Assembly (NCBI GenBank): GCA_013202205.1
Contig: JABMSB010000012.1
Coordinates: 1-56,054 of the forward strand
Reading direction: 5' to 3'
Source: Candidatus Omnitrophota bacterium
Lineage (GTDB): Bacteria > Omnitrophota > Gorgyraeia > JABMSB01
Length of the DNA: 56,054 nucleotides
This document shows, in pieces, positions 10,148 through 17,474 of this stretch; the first letter of the stretch is position 1; every line of letters begins with the position of its first letter. The notes under the pieces are model-generated. The model was not told where the DNA came from. It searched no databases and worked only from the letters and a program-made list of their open reading frames with translations. The position numbers were made by a program, and so were the translations under genes.

Positions 10148-10606
10148 ATGGACCAAAGACTAAAAGAAAAATTGAAGGCCTTCCTTAAAGGGAAGGCCGT
10201 CTTATTGGGTATAGGAAATATCCTAAAAGGCGATGATGGGATCGGCCCCGAGCTAATAAAGAGATTATCGGGACGTGTAGATTATAAGCTGATCGATTGC
10301 GGTACGACGCCTGAGAATTATGTCGGCCCCATACAAAAAGAGAATCCCGATACACTCATCTTGATAGACTGCGCCGACTTTGGAGCCGCGCCGGGTGAGA
10401 TAGGTATATTCGAGAAGGATAGAATTAAAGAAGTAGGCCTTACGACACACGACGCCTCGTGCAAACTCCTGATGGAAGTCCTATCAGAAACCATCCCGTC
10501 GATATTTATGATCGCTATCCAACCCGGATCGACGCAATTCGGTGAGAGTTTAAGTGCCGAAGCAGAAGAAGCCCTCCGAAAATTAGAAGAAATCCTCACC
10601 CAATAG
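10148..10606 (+). CDS. hycI: Hydrogenase maturation endopeptidase (HycI-like)
   Basis: LGIGNILKGDDGIGP, DCGTTPEN, LIDCADFG, TTHD. Confidence 0.9.
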   Translation: MDQRLKEKLKAFLKGKAVLLGIGNILKGDDGIGPELIKRLSGRVDYKLIDCGTTPENYVGPIQKENPDTLILIDCADFGAAPGEIGIFEKDRIKEVGLTTHDASCKLLMEVLSETIPSIFMIAIQPGSTQFGESLSAEAEEALRKLEEILTQ

Positions 10607-10632
10607 TATATCCCGGCCTCTTTCATTTTAGG

Positions 10633-10661
10633 TTGACCGAAGGGTAGAATATCTATATAAT
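10633..10661 (+). promoter_or_regulatory. Sigma70-type promoter of the flavoprotein operon
   Basis: TTGACC-N17-TATAAT; the ATG follows only 9 nt later with no SD. Confidence 0.7.
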
Positions 10662-10670
10662 AATAACGCT

Positions 10671-11252
10671 ATGAGAAGAAAAAAATATATATTGGCAATA
10701 GCAGGCAGCTCCCGAAAAGGGGGTAATACGGATATGCTGCTCGATGAATTCCTGCGAGGAGCAAAGGGCGCCGGTGTAAAGACAGAGAAGGTCGCTCTGC
10801 GTGATTTGAATATCAAACATTGCACCTCTTGCAGCAAGTGTTTTAAGACAGGAAGATGCGTGATTAAAGATGATATGCGCGCGCTATATCCGAAATTGGT
10901 CAAGGCCGATATATTGGTTGTGACATCACCTGTAGCCTTTAGCGGTATCTTCAGCAGGCCGAAGACGATGATAGATCGCTGCCAGGCATTGTGGGCAAGG
11001 AGACATATACTTGGCAAAGACCTTAGGGGTGGACGACGCAATATGATAGGAGTTTTTATTTCAACGGGTGGTTCCAATTCTAAGATGACATTTCGCGGAT
11101 CGATAGATACGATGACGACATTCTTCAATACGCTGCAAAGGGCTCGTAAATATCGACTTCTTTTCGGGTCGATAGACAAAAAAGGTGATATAAAGAGGTT
11201 GAAGGGTGCGCTGATGAGCGCTTATAAGCTTGGGAAGCGCATAACCGGATAA
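10671..11252 (+). CDS. Iron-sulfur flavoprotein (Isf) / NADPH-dependent FMN reductase family
   Basis: GSSRKGGNT flavodoxin motif and the compact CTSCSKC.....C cluster motif. Confidence 0.88.
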   Translation: MRRKKYILAIAGSSRKGGNTDMLLDEFLRGAKGAGVKTEKVALRDLNIKHCTSCSKCFKTGRCVIKDDMRALYPKLVKADILVVTSPVAFSGIFSRPKTMIDRCQALWARRHILGKDLRGGRRNMIGVFISTGGSNSKMTFRGSIDTMTTFFNTLQRARKYRLLFGSIDKKGDIKRLKGALMSAYKLGKRITG

Positions 11253-11267
11253 TGGAAAGGAGTTATC

Positions 11268-11507
11268 ATGGCTGACAAAAATGTAACGGTCTATTCAACA
11301 CAGACATGTCCCTACTGCAAGATGGTGAAGGAATTTTTAAAGGAGAATGGTGTAGCTTTTAAAGAGGTCGATGTTGCGGCTGATCCTAAGGAAGCCGAGG
11401 CCCTTGTAGCGCGTACAGGCCAGATGGGTGTGCCGCAAATAGACATAGACGGCGATGTTGTCGTAGGATTTGATAAGGATAAGCTTAAGAAGAAGCTGGG
11501 TTTGTAA
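11268..11507 (+). CDS. Glutaredoxin-like protein (NrdH/YruB family)
   Basis: CPYC active site, GQMGVPQI, VVVGFD. Confidence 0.92.
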   Translation: MADKNVTVYSTQTCPYCKMVKEFLKENGVAFKEVDVAADPKEAEALVARTGQMGVPQIDIDGDVVVGFDKDKLKKKLGL

Positions 11508-11531
11508 TATAACATTCTATAGAGGTGTCAT

Positions 11532-11804
11532 ATGCACTGGAAACCTTTCTTAATTGCGTTTGGTACTATCTTTTTGGCTGAGCTGGGCGATAAGACCCAG
11601 CTTGCGGTTATCGGCTTGGCGGCGTACTCACGCAATCTGCCGGCCGTATTTCTGGGGGCGGTCTGCGCCTTAAGTGTAGTTACTCTCATTGGCGTTATGT
11701 TCGGAGGCGCTATTATTAAATTTATACCCACTCATACACTACACGTTGTCATCGGATCGGTCTTTATCATCGTGGGCCTTCTGATGGTTACAGGACGATT
11801 ATAG
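11532..11804 (+). CDS. Half-size TMEM165/GDT1 (UPF0016) Ca2+/Mn2+ transporter, single repeat
   Basis: One copy of the family motif FLAELGDKTQL; about 3 TM segments in 90 aa. Confidence 0.88.
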   Translation: MHWKPFLIAFGTIFLAELGDKTQLAVIGLAAYSRNLPAVFLGAVCALSVVTLIGVMFGGAIIKFIPTHTLHVVIGSVFIIVGLLMVTGRL

Positions 11805-11808
11805 CAAT

Positions 11809-13251
11809 ATGCCCATTACTGCAAAGAGAAATACCCTCGAGAAAGACGCGATATCACCCCTCATCGAAGAGATAGAGCTTAAGCCCACTCCCTCCGAGAT
11901 AGTCCGCATATTTGAGGATGCCCCATACACATCTTTATTTGAGAGCCAGATGGACCACGGTAAACTGGGCCGTTTTTCAATCCTTTGCAGTGATCCGTTC
12001 ATGGTCTTTAAGTCAAATGGCAGGGAAGCCCATTTAATCTCCGGCAAAGGAGAGCGTTTATTAAATGGCAATCCCTTTAAGCTTCTCAAGGAACTGCTCG
12101 CTAAGTACAAAATCCCCGCGCAGGAGGCGAGTTTGCCTTTTTATGGAGGCGTTGTGGGTTTCTTCGGTTATGATATGGGAAGATGCCTTGAAAAGATACC
12201 GTCTATGGCAAAGAACGATCTCAAGGCCCCGGAGTGCATTCTGGGTTTCTATGATAGGGCCTTGATCTTCGATCACTTGATGAATAAGAAATATGTTGTC
12301 TCGTCCGGTTTGCCGGAATCGAATCCTGAGAAAGCTAAGCGCAGGGCAAAGGCAAGGCTTGAAGAATTAAAAGAGATCCTGTCGCTCTCTATAGACACAC
12401 GCGCAAGCAGTACCAGGAAGAGAAAACCACCTAAATTGAGTTCTAATTTTACCAAAGCTACCTATAGACAGGCAATCGGTCGGATAAAGGACTATATAGC
12501 CGCGGGTGACGTATATCAGGTAACCCTCTCACAGCGTTTCGATTGTGAACTCCGGGTGAAACCGGCTGAGTTATACAGGCGGCTTAAAGCTATAAATCCC
12601 GCGCCATTTGCGTCATTCCTGAATTTTGAGGATGTGAAGATAGTCAGTTCTTCACCCGAGCGGTTTATCTCTATAAGAGACGGCGAAGTCCATACGCGGC
12701 CGATAAAAGGGACGAGCCCCAGAGGTAGCAGCACAAAAGAAGACGATTCTTTTAAGGAACTCCTTAAGGCCAGCCAGAAGGATAGGGCAGAACACGTGAT
12801 GATAGTAGATCTTGAGCGTAACGATCTTGGCCGAGTCTGTGAATATGGCAGTATATCCGTCAGCGAGTTTGAGCTGATAGAGAAGTATTCGACAGTCTTT
12901 CATATGGTATCGACTGTGCGCGGCAAATTAAGAGAGGGCAAGGATGCGATCGATTGCCTTATGAACTCATTTCCGGGCGGGTCAATAACAGGTGCGCCCA
13001 AGATCCGCTCTATGGAGGTTATCGAGGAGCTTGAACCGACGAGGCGTTCCGTATATACAGGAGCCATAGGCTATATAGGTTTTGACGGAAATATGGATAC
13101 ATCGATCGTGATACGTACATTCATAATTAAAGGTAAGAAGGTATATTTTCAGGTGGGAGGAGGTATTGTCTGGGATTCTGACCCTGATGCAGAATATCAG
13201 GAGACGCTCGATAAGGCCAAGGCACTGATCGAGGTAATATCAAATGGCTAA
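11809..13251 (+). CDS. pabB: Aminodeoxychorismate synthase component I
   Basis: GDVYQV, SSSPERF, RPIKGT (the PIKGT variant is typical of PabB rather than TrpE), KDRAEHVMIVDLERNDL, FPGGSITGAPK. Confidence 0.88.
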   Translation: MPITAKRNTLEKDAISPLIEEIELKPTPSEIVRIFEDAPYTSLFESQMDHGKLGRFSILCSDPFMVFKSNGREAHLISGKGERLLNGNPFKLLKELLAKYKIPAQEASLPFYGGVVGFFGYDMGRCLEKIPSMAKNDLKAPECILGFYDRALIFDHLMNKKYVVSSGLPESNPEKAKRRAKARLEELKEILSLSIDTRASSTRKRKPPKLSSNFTKATYRQAIGRIKDYIAAGDVYQVTLSQRFDCELRVKPAELYRRLKAINPAPFASFLNFEDVKIVSSSPERFISIRDGEVHTRPIKGTSPRGSSTKEDDSFKELLKASQKDRAEHVMIVDLERNDLGRVCEYGSISVSEFELIEKYSTVFHMVSTVRGKLREGKDAIDCLMNSFPGGSITGAPKIRSMEVIEELEPTRRSVYTGAIGYIGFDGNMDTSIVIRTFIIKGKKVYFQVGGGIVWDSDPDAEYQETLDKAKALIEVISNG

Positions 13252-14134
13252 GAAAAGAATAAAAGAAGAGAGATGCGTAGTCATAAACGGCAAGTTTTGC
13301 CCTGAGTCAAAGGCCGTGATCTCCGTCTTTGATAAGGGGTTTCTTTACGGAGACGGTGCTTTTGAGACTATGAGAGGTTATGGCGGCCGTATCTTCAGGT
13401 TCGAAGAACACTACCGACGATTGAGCTGGGCACTTGAGTATCTCGAGATAGATATCTCTTACGATAGTGGTGAGATAAGGGACCTGATACGGCAATTGAT
13501 GAAGAAGAATTTTGCTAAAGACGCCTATATACGCGTAACTGTGACAAGGGGATCGGGAGATGGGCGTATAGATATAGAGGATAAATCCTCGCCAACGGTG
13601 CTCATTGTCGTTAAACCCTTTACGCCATATGATAAGAAATTTTGCCGGGAAGGCATGACTGCCCGCATGAGCGGCATACGCCGCAATGATAAATCCCCGG
13701 TACCACAGCTCAAAACACTCAATTATCTCGAACCGATCCTTGCCAGGAGGGAAGCCAGGGAGGCCGGTGCGGACGAGGGCATATTAATTGATAACCAGGG
13801 ACGGGTGATGGGCGGGGCGGTATCGAATATTTTCGTAGTTGACGATAGGGGTCTTGTGACCCCGGCGGAAGGTTACGCGATATTAAGCGGTATCACGCGC
13901 AAGGCCGTATTAGAGATCGCCAAGGATATGCGGATGAAGGCGGTCGAAAGCCATATTTCTATAGATGAGCTCCTGAGTGCCAAAGAGGTATTCATAACGA
14001 ATACGCTAATGGAGATCATGCCCGTTGTTGAGATAGACGGCAAGATCATCGGCAATGGCAAGCCAGGCCCTACAACCAAAAAGATAAGCAAGGCATATAA
14101 GGAACTTGTTACTAAGGAGACGGGTACCGGGTAA
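13244..14134 (+). CDS. Class IV PLP enzyme (probable 4-amino-4-deoxychorismate lyase, PabC/IlvE family)
   Basis: FLYGDGAFETMR, LKTLNY (Schiff-base Lys), ILSGITR; overlaps the pabB stop. Confidence 0.82.
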   Translation: MAKKRIKEERCVVINGKFCPESKAVISVFDKGFLYGDGAFETMRGYGGRIFRFEEHYRRLSWALEYLEIDISYDSGEIRDLIRQLMKKNFAKDAYIRVTVTRGSGDGRIDIEDKSSPTVLIVVKPFTPYDKKFCREGMTARMSGIRRNDKSPVPQLKTLNYLEPILARREAREAGADEGILIDNQGRVMGGAVSNIFVVDDRGLVTPAEGYAILSGITRKAVLEIAKDMRMKAVESHISIDELLSAKEVFITNTLMEIMPVVEIDGKIIGNGKPGPTTKKISKAYKELVTKETGTG

Positions 14135-14153
14135 GGTACATGGCAGAAACGGC

Positions 14154-14182
14154 TTGACAAGCAGCACCCGTGGGTGTTTAAT
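14154..14182 (+). promoter_or_regulatory. Sigma70-type promoter upstream of the TPP riboswitch
   Basis: TTGACA-N17-TTTAAT. Confidence 0.65.
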
Positions 14183-14191
14183 ATAGTACAC

Positions 14192-14287
14192 AAATACGGG
14201 GAGCCTCTATGGGAGGGGCTGAGAAAAGGGTAATACCCTTGACCCGAAGAACCTGACCTGGATAATTCCAGCGTAGGGAAGGTGAAT
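14192..14287 (+). ncRNA. TPP (THI-box) riboswitch aptamer; ends approximate
   Basis: GGGG...GCTGAGA...ACCCG...ACCTGA CCTGGATAATTCCAGCGTAGGGAA matches the TPP consensus and precedes a thiamine gene. Confidence 0.95.
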
Positions 14288-14295
14288 GTGAAATG

Positions 14296-14329
14296 GCCGC
14301 GCTGGACGCTGGAGTGCGGCTTACTATTT
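14296..14329 (+). terminator. Probable expression-platform terminator of the TPP riboswitch
   Basis: Stem GCCGCGCT/AGTGCGGC (one G-U pair) followed by TTACTATTT, just upstream of the thi4 SD. Confidence 0.55.
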
Positions 14330-14345
14330 ATAAGGAGGAGGAAGC

Positions 14346-15137
14346 ATGGAAAAGTTTCATCCTGTATCGGAGGCATCGATTACGAGGGCGATCACGGAGG
14401 AGTTCCTTAAGGAGTTCAGCGATGGGATAGTCTCCGACGTTATAATCGTTGGAGCAGGCCCGAGCGGACTAGTAGCGGCAAGGGACTTAGCAAAGAAGAA
14501 CGTCAAGGTAGTAGTTATTGAGGCAAATAACTATCTCGGCGGAGGTTTTTGGATTGGCGGATATCTTATGAATAAATTGACGGTTCGTAAGCCGGGTGAA
14601 TCTGTTCTCGATGAGATAGGAGTTCCCTATAAGGAGTTTGAAGAGGGCCTCTTTGTAGCCGATGGCCCACATGCATGCTCAAAACTTATTGCCGCGGCGT
14701 GTGATGCAGGTGTTAAGGTTTTAAACATGACGAAGGTGGATGATGTCGTTTGCAGAAAAGGCAGGGTAGAAGGTGTAGTCATCAACTGGACACCCGTTGG
14801 CGCGTTACCACGCGCAATCACATGCGTAGATCCTGTTGCGCTTGAAGCAAAGGTCGTTATCGATGCGACAGGCCATGATGCCCATGTTGCCCGCGCCCTC
14901 CAGAGAAGAAATCTCCTTAAGATGGAAGAATTTGGTGTGATGGATGTCGTTGCTTCAGAGGATGCCATAGTCGAGAAGACCTCAGAAGTCTTCCCGGGGC
15001 TTATTGTCTGTGGAATGGCAGTTTCAACCGTCTTTGGTCTGCCGAGAATGGGCCCGACCTTTGGCGGTATGCTCATATCAGGGAAGAGGGCAGCTGAGAT
15101 AGCCATAGCTAGCGTTTTAGATAAGGCACTAGTTTAA
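14346..15137 (+). CDS. thi4: Thi4-family thiazole synthase (Cys-type)
   Basis: VGAGPSG FAD motif, GGGFWIGG, TCVDP (Cys160), IDATGHD, PRMGPTFGGMLISG; lies under a TPP riboswitch. Confidence 0.93.
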   Translation: MEKFHPVSEASITRAITEEFLKEFSDGIVSDVIIVGAGPSGLVAARDLAKKNVKVVVIEANNYLGGGFWIGGYLMNKLTVRKPGESVLDEIGVPYKEFEEGLFVADGPHACSKLIAAACDAGVKVLNMTKVDDVVCRKGRVEGVVINWTPVGALPRAITCVDPVALEAKVVIDATGHDAHVARALQRRNLLKMEEFGVMDVVASEDAIVEKTSEVFPGLIVCGMAVSTVFGLPRMGPTFGGMLISGKRAAEIAIASVLDKALV

Positions 15138-15160
15138 TAGAAAAGTAGCTATATAGATCT

Positions 15161-15200
15161 ATGCTTACAGGGTAGGCTTACGCCTACCCTGTAGCATTTA
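15161..15200 (+). terminator. Strong hairpin after thi4, probable terminator
   Basis: ACAGGGTAGGC-TTAC-GCCTACCCTGT is a perfect 11-bp stem, extendable by ATGCT/AGCAT; the U-tract is short. Confidence 0.6.
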
Positions 15201-15288
15201 TAGTTGTAACAATATATAAATAAATGGGTTATGATCATAAATTCTTGAAAAAAGACCCTATAAAAACCATATTTTTCCAAAAAAATGC

Positions 15289-15317
15289 TTGACAAACCTT
15301 TTTTTTAATGGTATACT
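15289..15317 (+). promoter_or_regulatory. Sigma70-type promoter of the Rrf2/sulfur operon
   Basis: TTGACA-N17-TATACT with an A-rich upstream tract. Confidence 0.8.
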
Positions 15318-15329
15318 TGACATTGTCAA
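15317..15329. promoter_or_regulatory. Palindromic operator candidate over the transcription start
   Basis: TTGACA-T-TGTCAA perfect dyad directly after the -10 element. Confidence 0.5.
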
Positions 15330-15356
15330 TTGAGAATACGATAAATAGAGGTATTT

Positions 15357-15812
15357 ATGAAGCTGTCCAAGAAGACAGAATATGCGCTCAAAGCCCTGAT
15401 AGAATTGACCATCGATTACGATAAGGGTATCAATGTTACCTTGATCAACGATATAGCTGGGCGTGAAAATATACCACCCAGATATTTGGAGCAGATTCTG
15501 TTAAGGCTTAAGAATTCAGGGATATTAATCAGTAAGCGCGGGGTAGGAGGCGGATATGCTTTAAGCCGGCCGCCTGAAGAGATTAGCATGGGAGATGTGA
15601 TAAGAGAGGTTGAGGGATCGCTGGTCTCTAAAAATAGAAAGGTCGTAAATATCAGCGCCTCAGATGAAATGTCTTATGGCTTAAATAACGTTATGGCGGA
15701 GGCAACAGACGCCATGAAGAAGGTATTTGACAATATATCGCTAAAGGAGATGGCAGAGAGGATTTTCTATTCGATCGAGGCCAAGAAAGATATTCCGAAC
15801 TATGTTATATAG
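15357..15812 (+). CDS. Rrf2-family regulator, CymR-like (no Fe-S cysteines)
   Basis: EYALKAL, IPPRYLEQIL, SKRGVGGGYAL, VIREVEG; contains no Cys; ends ...IPNYVI. Confidence 0.9.
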   Translation: MKLSKKTEYALKALIELTIDYDKGINVTLINDIAGRENIPPRYLEQILLRLKNSGILISKRGVGGGYALSRPPEEISMGDVIREVEGSLVSKNRKVVNISASDEMSYGLNNVMAEATDAMKKVFDNISLKEMAERIFYSIEAKKDIPNYVI

Positions 15813-15820
15813 GTGAAGAG

Positions 15821-15934
15821 ATGGGAAGGCCGATGGAAAGAGAAGGGGTTAGGGCGGGGAAGGGCCACCGAAAAGAGATTGATTATTGTATGGGCATGCG
15901 ATGCTTTCCCGGTAGAAGGGAGCTGCTTATGTAA
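15821..15934 (+). CDS. Putative 37-aa leader peptide (MGRPMEREGVRAGKGHRKEIDYCMGMRCFPGRRELLM)
   Basis: AGGTGA SD at 15811-15816, ATG 15821, TAA 15932-15934; has a YCMGMRC segment. Read manually; not in the track. Confidence 0.35.
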   Translation: MGRPMEREGVRAGKGHRKEIDYCMGMRCFPGRRELLM

Positions 15935-15963
15935 TGTTGCCAAAGTTATTTACAAAAGCGAGA

Positions 15964-15998
15964 CCCACTACCAAAGAAGAGGTGAGTGGGATTTTTTT
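15964..15998 (+). terminator. Intrinsic terminator/attenuator hairpin upstream of DUF2061-cysH
   Basis: CCCACT-ACC...GGT-G-AGTGGG followed by A and seven T, immediately before the AAGGAGG SD. Confidence 0.6.
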
Positions 15999-16009
15999 AA
16001 GGAGGAGAG

Positions 16010-16231
16010 ATGGAACAGCACCGAAGGACCCTGGTCAAGACTATAACCTGGCGCGTAATAGCGTTATTTACCACTATTATTGTGGTCTATGCATATAGCG
16101 GTGATGTCAAAAAATCATTCGTAGTCGGAGGCGTGGCAAACGGCCTTAAGATGATATTCTATTATGTACATGAGCGAGTCTGGAATAGGTCGAAATTCGG
16201 AATAACTAAACCACCGGAGTATCAGATATAA
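16010..16231 (+). CDS. DUF2061 small membrane protein
   Basis: RTLVKTITWRVIA...YYVHERVWNR; AAGGAGG SD; ends ...PPEYQI. Confidence 0.85.
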   Translation: MEQHRRTLVKTITWRVIALFTTIIVVYAYSGDVKKSFVVGGVANGLKMIFYYVHERVWNRSKFGITKPPEYQI

Positions 16232-16266
16232 TTTGATGCGCCACAAAAGAGAAGGAGAGACAAGAG

Positions 16267-16983
16267 ATGAGCTTGTTGGAGAACAAGGAAGATCTGAAGG
16301 TGTTGGTGGAAGAGCTTAATTTCAAAGAGAAGGTTGAGCGTTCCAAGGCGATAATAAGCCAGGCATATGAAAAATATGGCGATGGCCTCGTTGTTGCAAA
16401 CAGCCTGGGCAAAGATTCCTTAGCAGTATGGGATCTTGCCAAGCGCGTAAACCCCAAGATTAGGGGTTTTATTGTAACGACACGCTATAAGCCAAAGGAG
16501 ACTGTCAAATTCATGGATGAGGAAGTCAAGATGTATCCGGAGCTTGAGGTCTACAAGTACGACGCAAAGATCCCGGAGCGTCTCTACGAAACGGATCCCG
16601 ATAAGTGCTGTGATCTCCTAAAGGTTATACCGGTCAAACAGGCTGTCGACAGGATGGGTGTTAAGTGCTGGGTCACCGGGCTGCGCTGCACAGAAGGGCG
16701 CACGCGCACGGACTTCAAAGAAGTAGAAGAGAGAGATGCCGGCCTGATTAAGCTAAACCCCATACTTATATGGAAAGAGCGTGAGGTCTGGCAGTATCTC
16801 GCCCTATACGGCGTTAGGGTAAATCCATTATATGCAGAAGGATATCGCTCGTTAGGTTGTGAGCCCTGCACGAGGATTACAAACGAGGACAATGAACGGG
16901 CCGGCCGTTGGATAGGTACGAGTAAATGCGGCGGTGAATGCGGTATACATACAAGGCCGCTAACTGATGGAGAAGGCATATGA
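16267..16983 (+). CDS. cysH: APS/PAPS reductase, [4Fe-4S]-containing APS-reductase type
   Basis: DKCCDLLKV, WVTGLR, GYRSLGCEPCT, ECGIH. Confidence 0.9.
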   Translation: MSLLENKEDLKVLVEELNFKEKVERSKAIISQAYEKYGDGLVVANSLGKDSLAVWDLAKRVNPKIRGFIVTTRYKPKETVKFMDEEVKMYPELEVYKYDAKIPERLYETDPDKCCDLLKVIPVKQAVDRMGVKCWVTGLRCTEGRTRTDFKEVEERDAGLIKLNPILIWKEREVWQYLALYGVRVNPLYAEGYRSLGCEPCTRITNEDNERAGRWIGTSKCGGECGIHTRPLTDGEGI

Positions 16984-17474
16984 AAAGCAAGTCTAACGCC
17001 CTGCAATATTATCCGCTTGCCGTAAAGCTGTCCGATGGGGTTGCGTTAGTTGTCGGCGGGGGTAAGGTTGCAGAGCGTAAGATAGCCACACTTCGGGATT
17101 GCAGAGCCAGGATACGTATGGTATCCCCGGGGGCAACAGATCTATTGAGGCGCCTTGCAAAGATGGGAAAGATTGAATGGGTCCGCCGCCATCTTCGGGA
17201 TAGTGATGTAAGAGGCGCGCGTATCGTAGTTGCAGCTACAGATGACAGGGATGTTAATGAAAGGGTCAGTCGATTGGCACGGAAACATCGGGTTTGGGTT
17301 AATGTTGTAGACAAACCGATTTTGAGTGATTTTATATCACCTGCGCTCTTTCGCACAAAAAAGAGCATAGTGACTGTCTATACGGATGGCAGGGATCCGG
17401 TGCTCTCTCGCGACCTTAAGAATTTCCTGAAGGAGAGATGGGATGATTTCTTATCTTATAGGGATAGATTATAG
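16980..17474 (+). CDS. Precorrin-2 dehydrogenase/ferrochelatase (SirC / CysG N-terminal-like), C-terminally short
   Basis: YYPLAVKL, VVGGGKVAERK, AATDD..VN, WVNVVD.P..SDFISPA. Confidence 0.88.
   Translation: MKSKSNALQYYPLAVKLSDGVALVVGGGKVAERKIATLRDCRARIRMVSPGATDLLRRLAKMGKIEWVRRHLRDSDVRGARIVVAATDDRDVNERVSRLARKHRVWVNVVDKPILSDFISPALFRTKKSIVTVYTDGRDPVLSRDLKNFLKERWDDFLSYRDRL

Noticed and set aside
15813-16009. SAM-I riboswitch or T-box upstream of the sulfur genes
   Set aside because: I could not find the SAM-I core (AUC-AGAG, GCAACC, GUGC) or a T-box GGUGGNACCGCG sequence. An Rfam scan would be decisive.
15813-16046. 77-aa track ORF across the Rrf2-DUF2061 spacer
   Set aside because: No SD spacing for its GTG, it runs through the terminator and overlaps DUF2061; the 37-aa ORF at 15821 is better supported.
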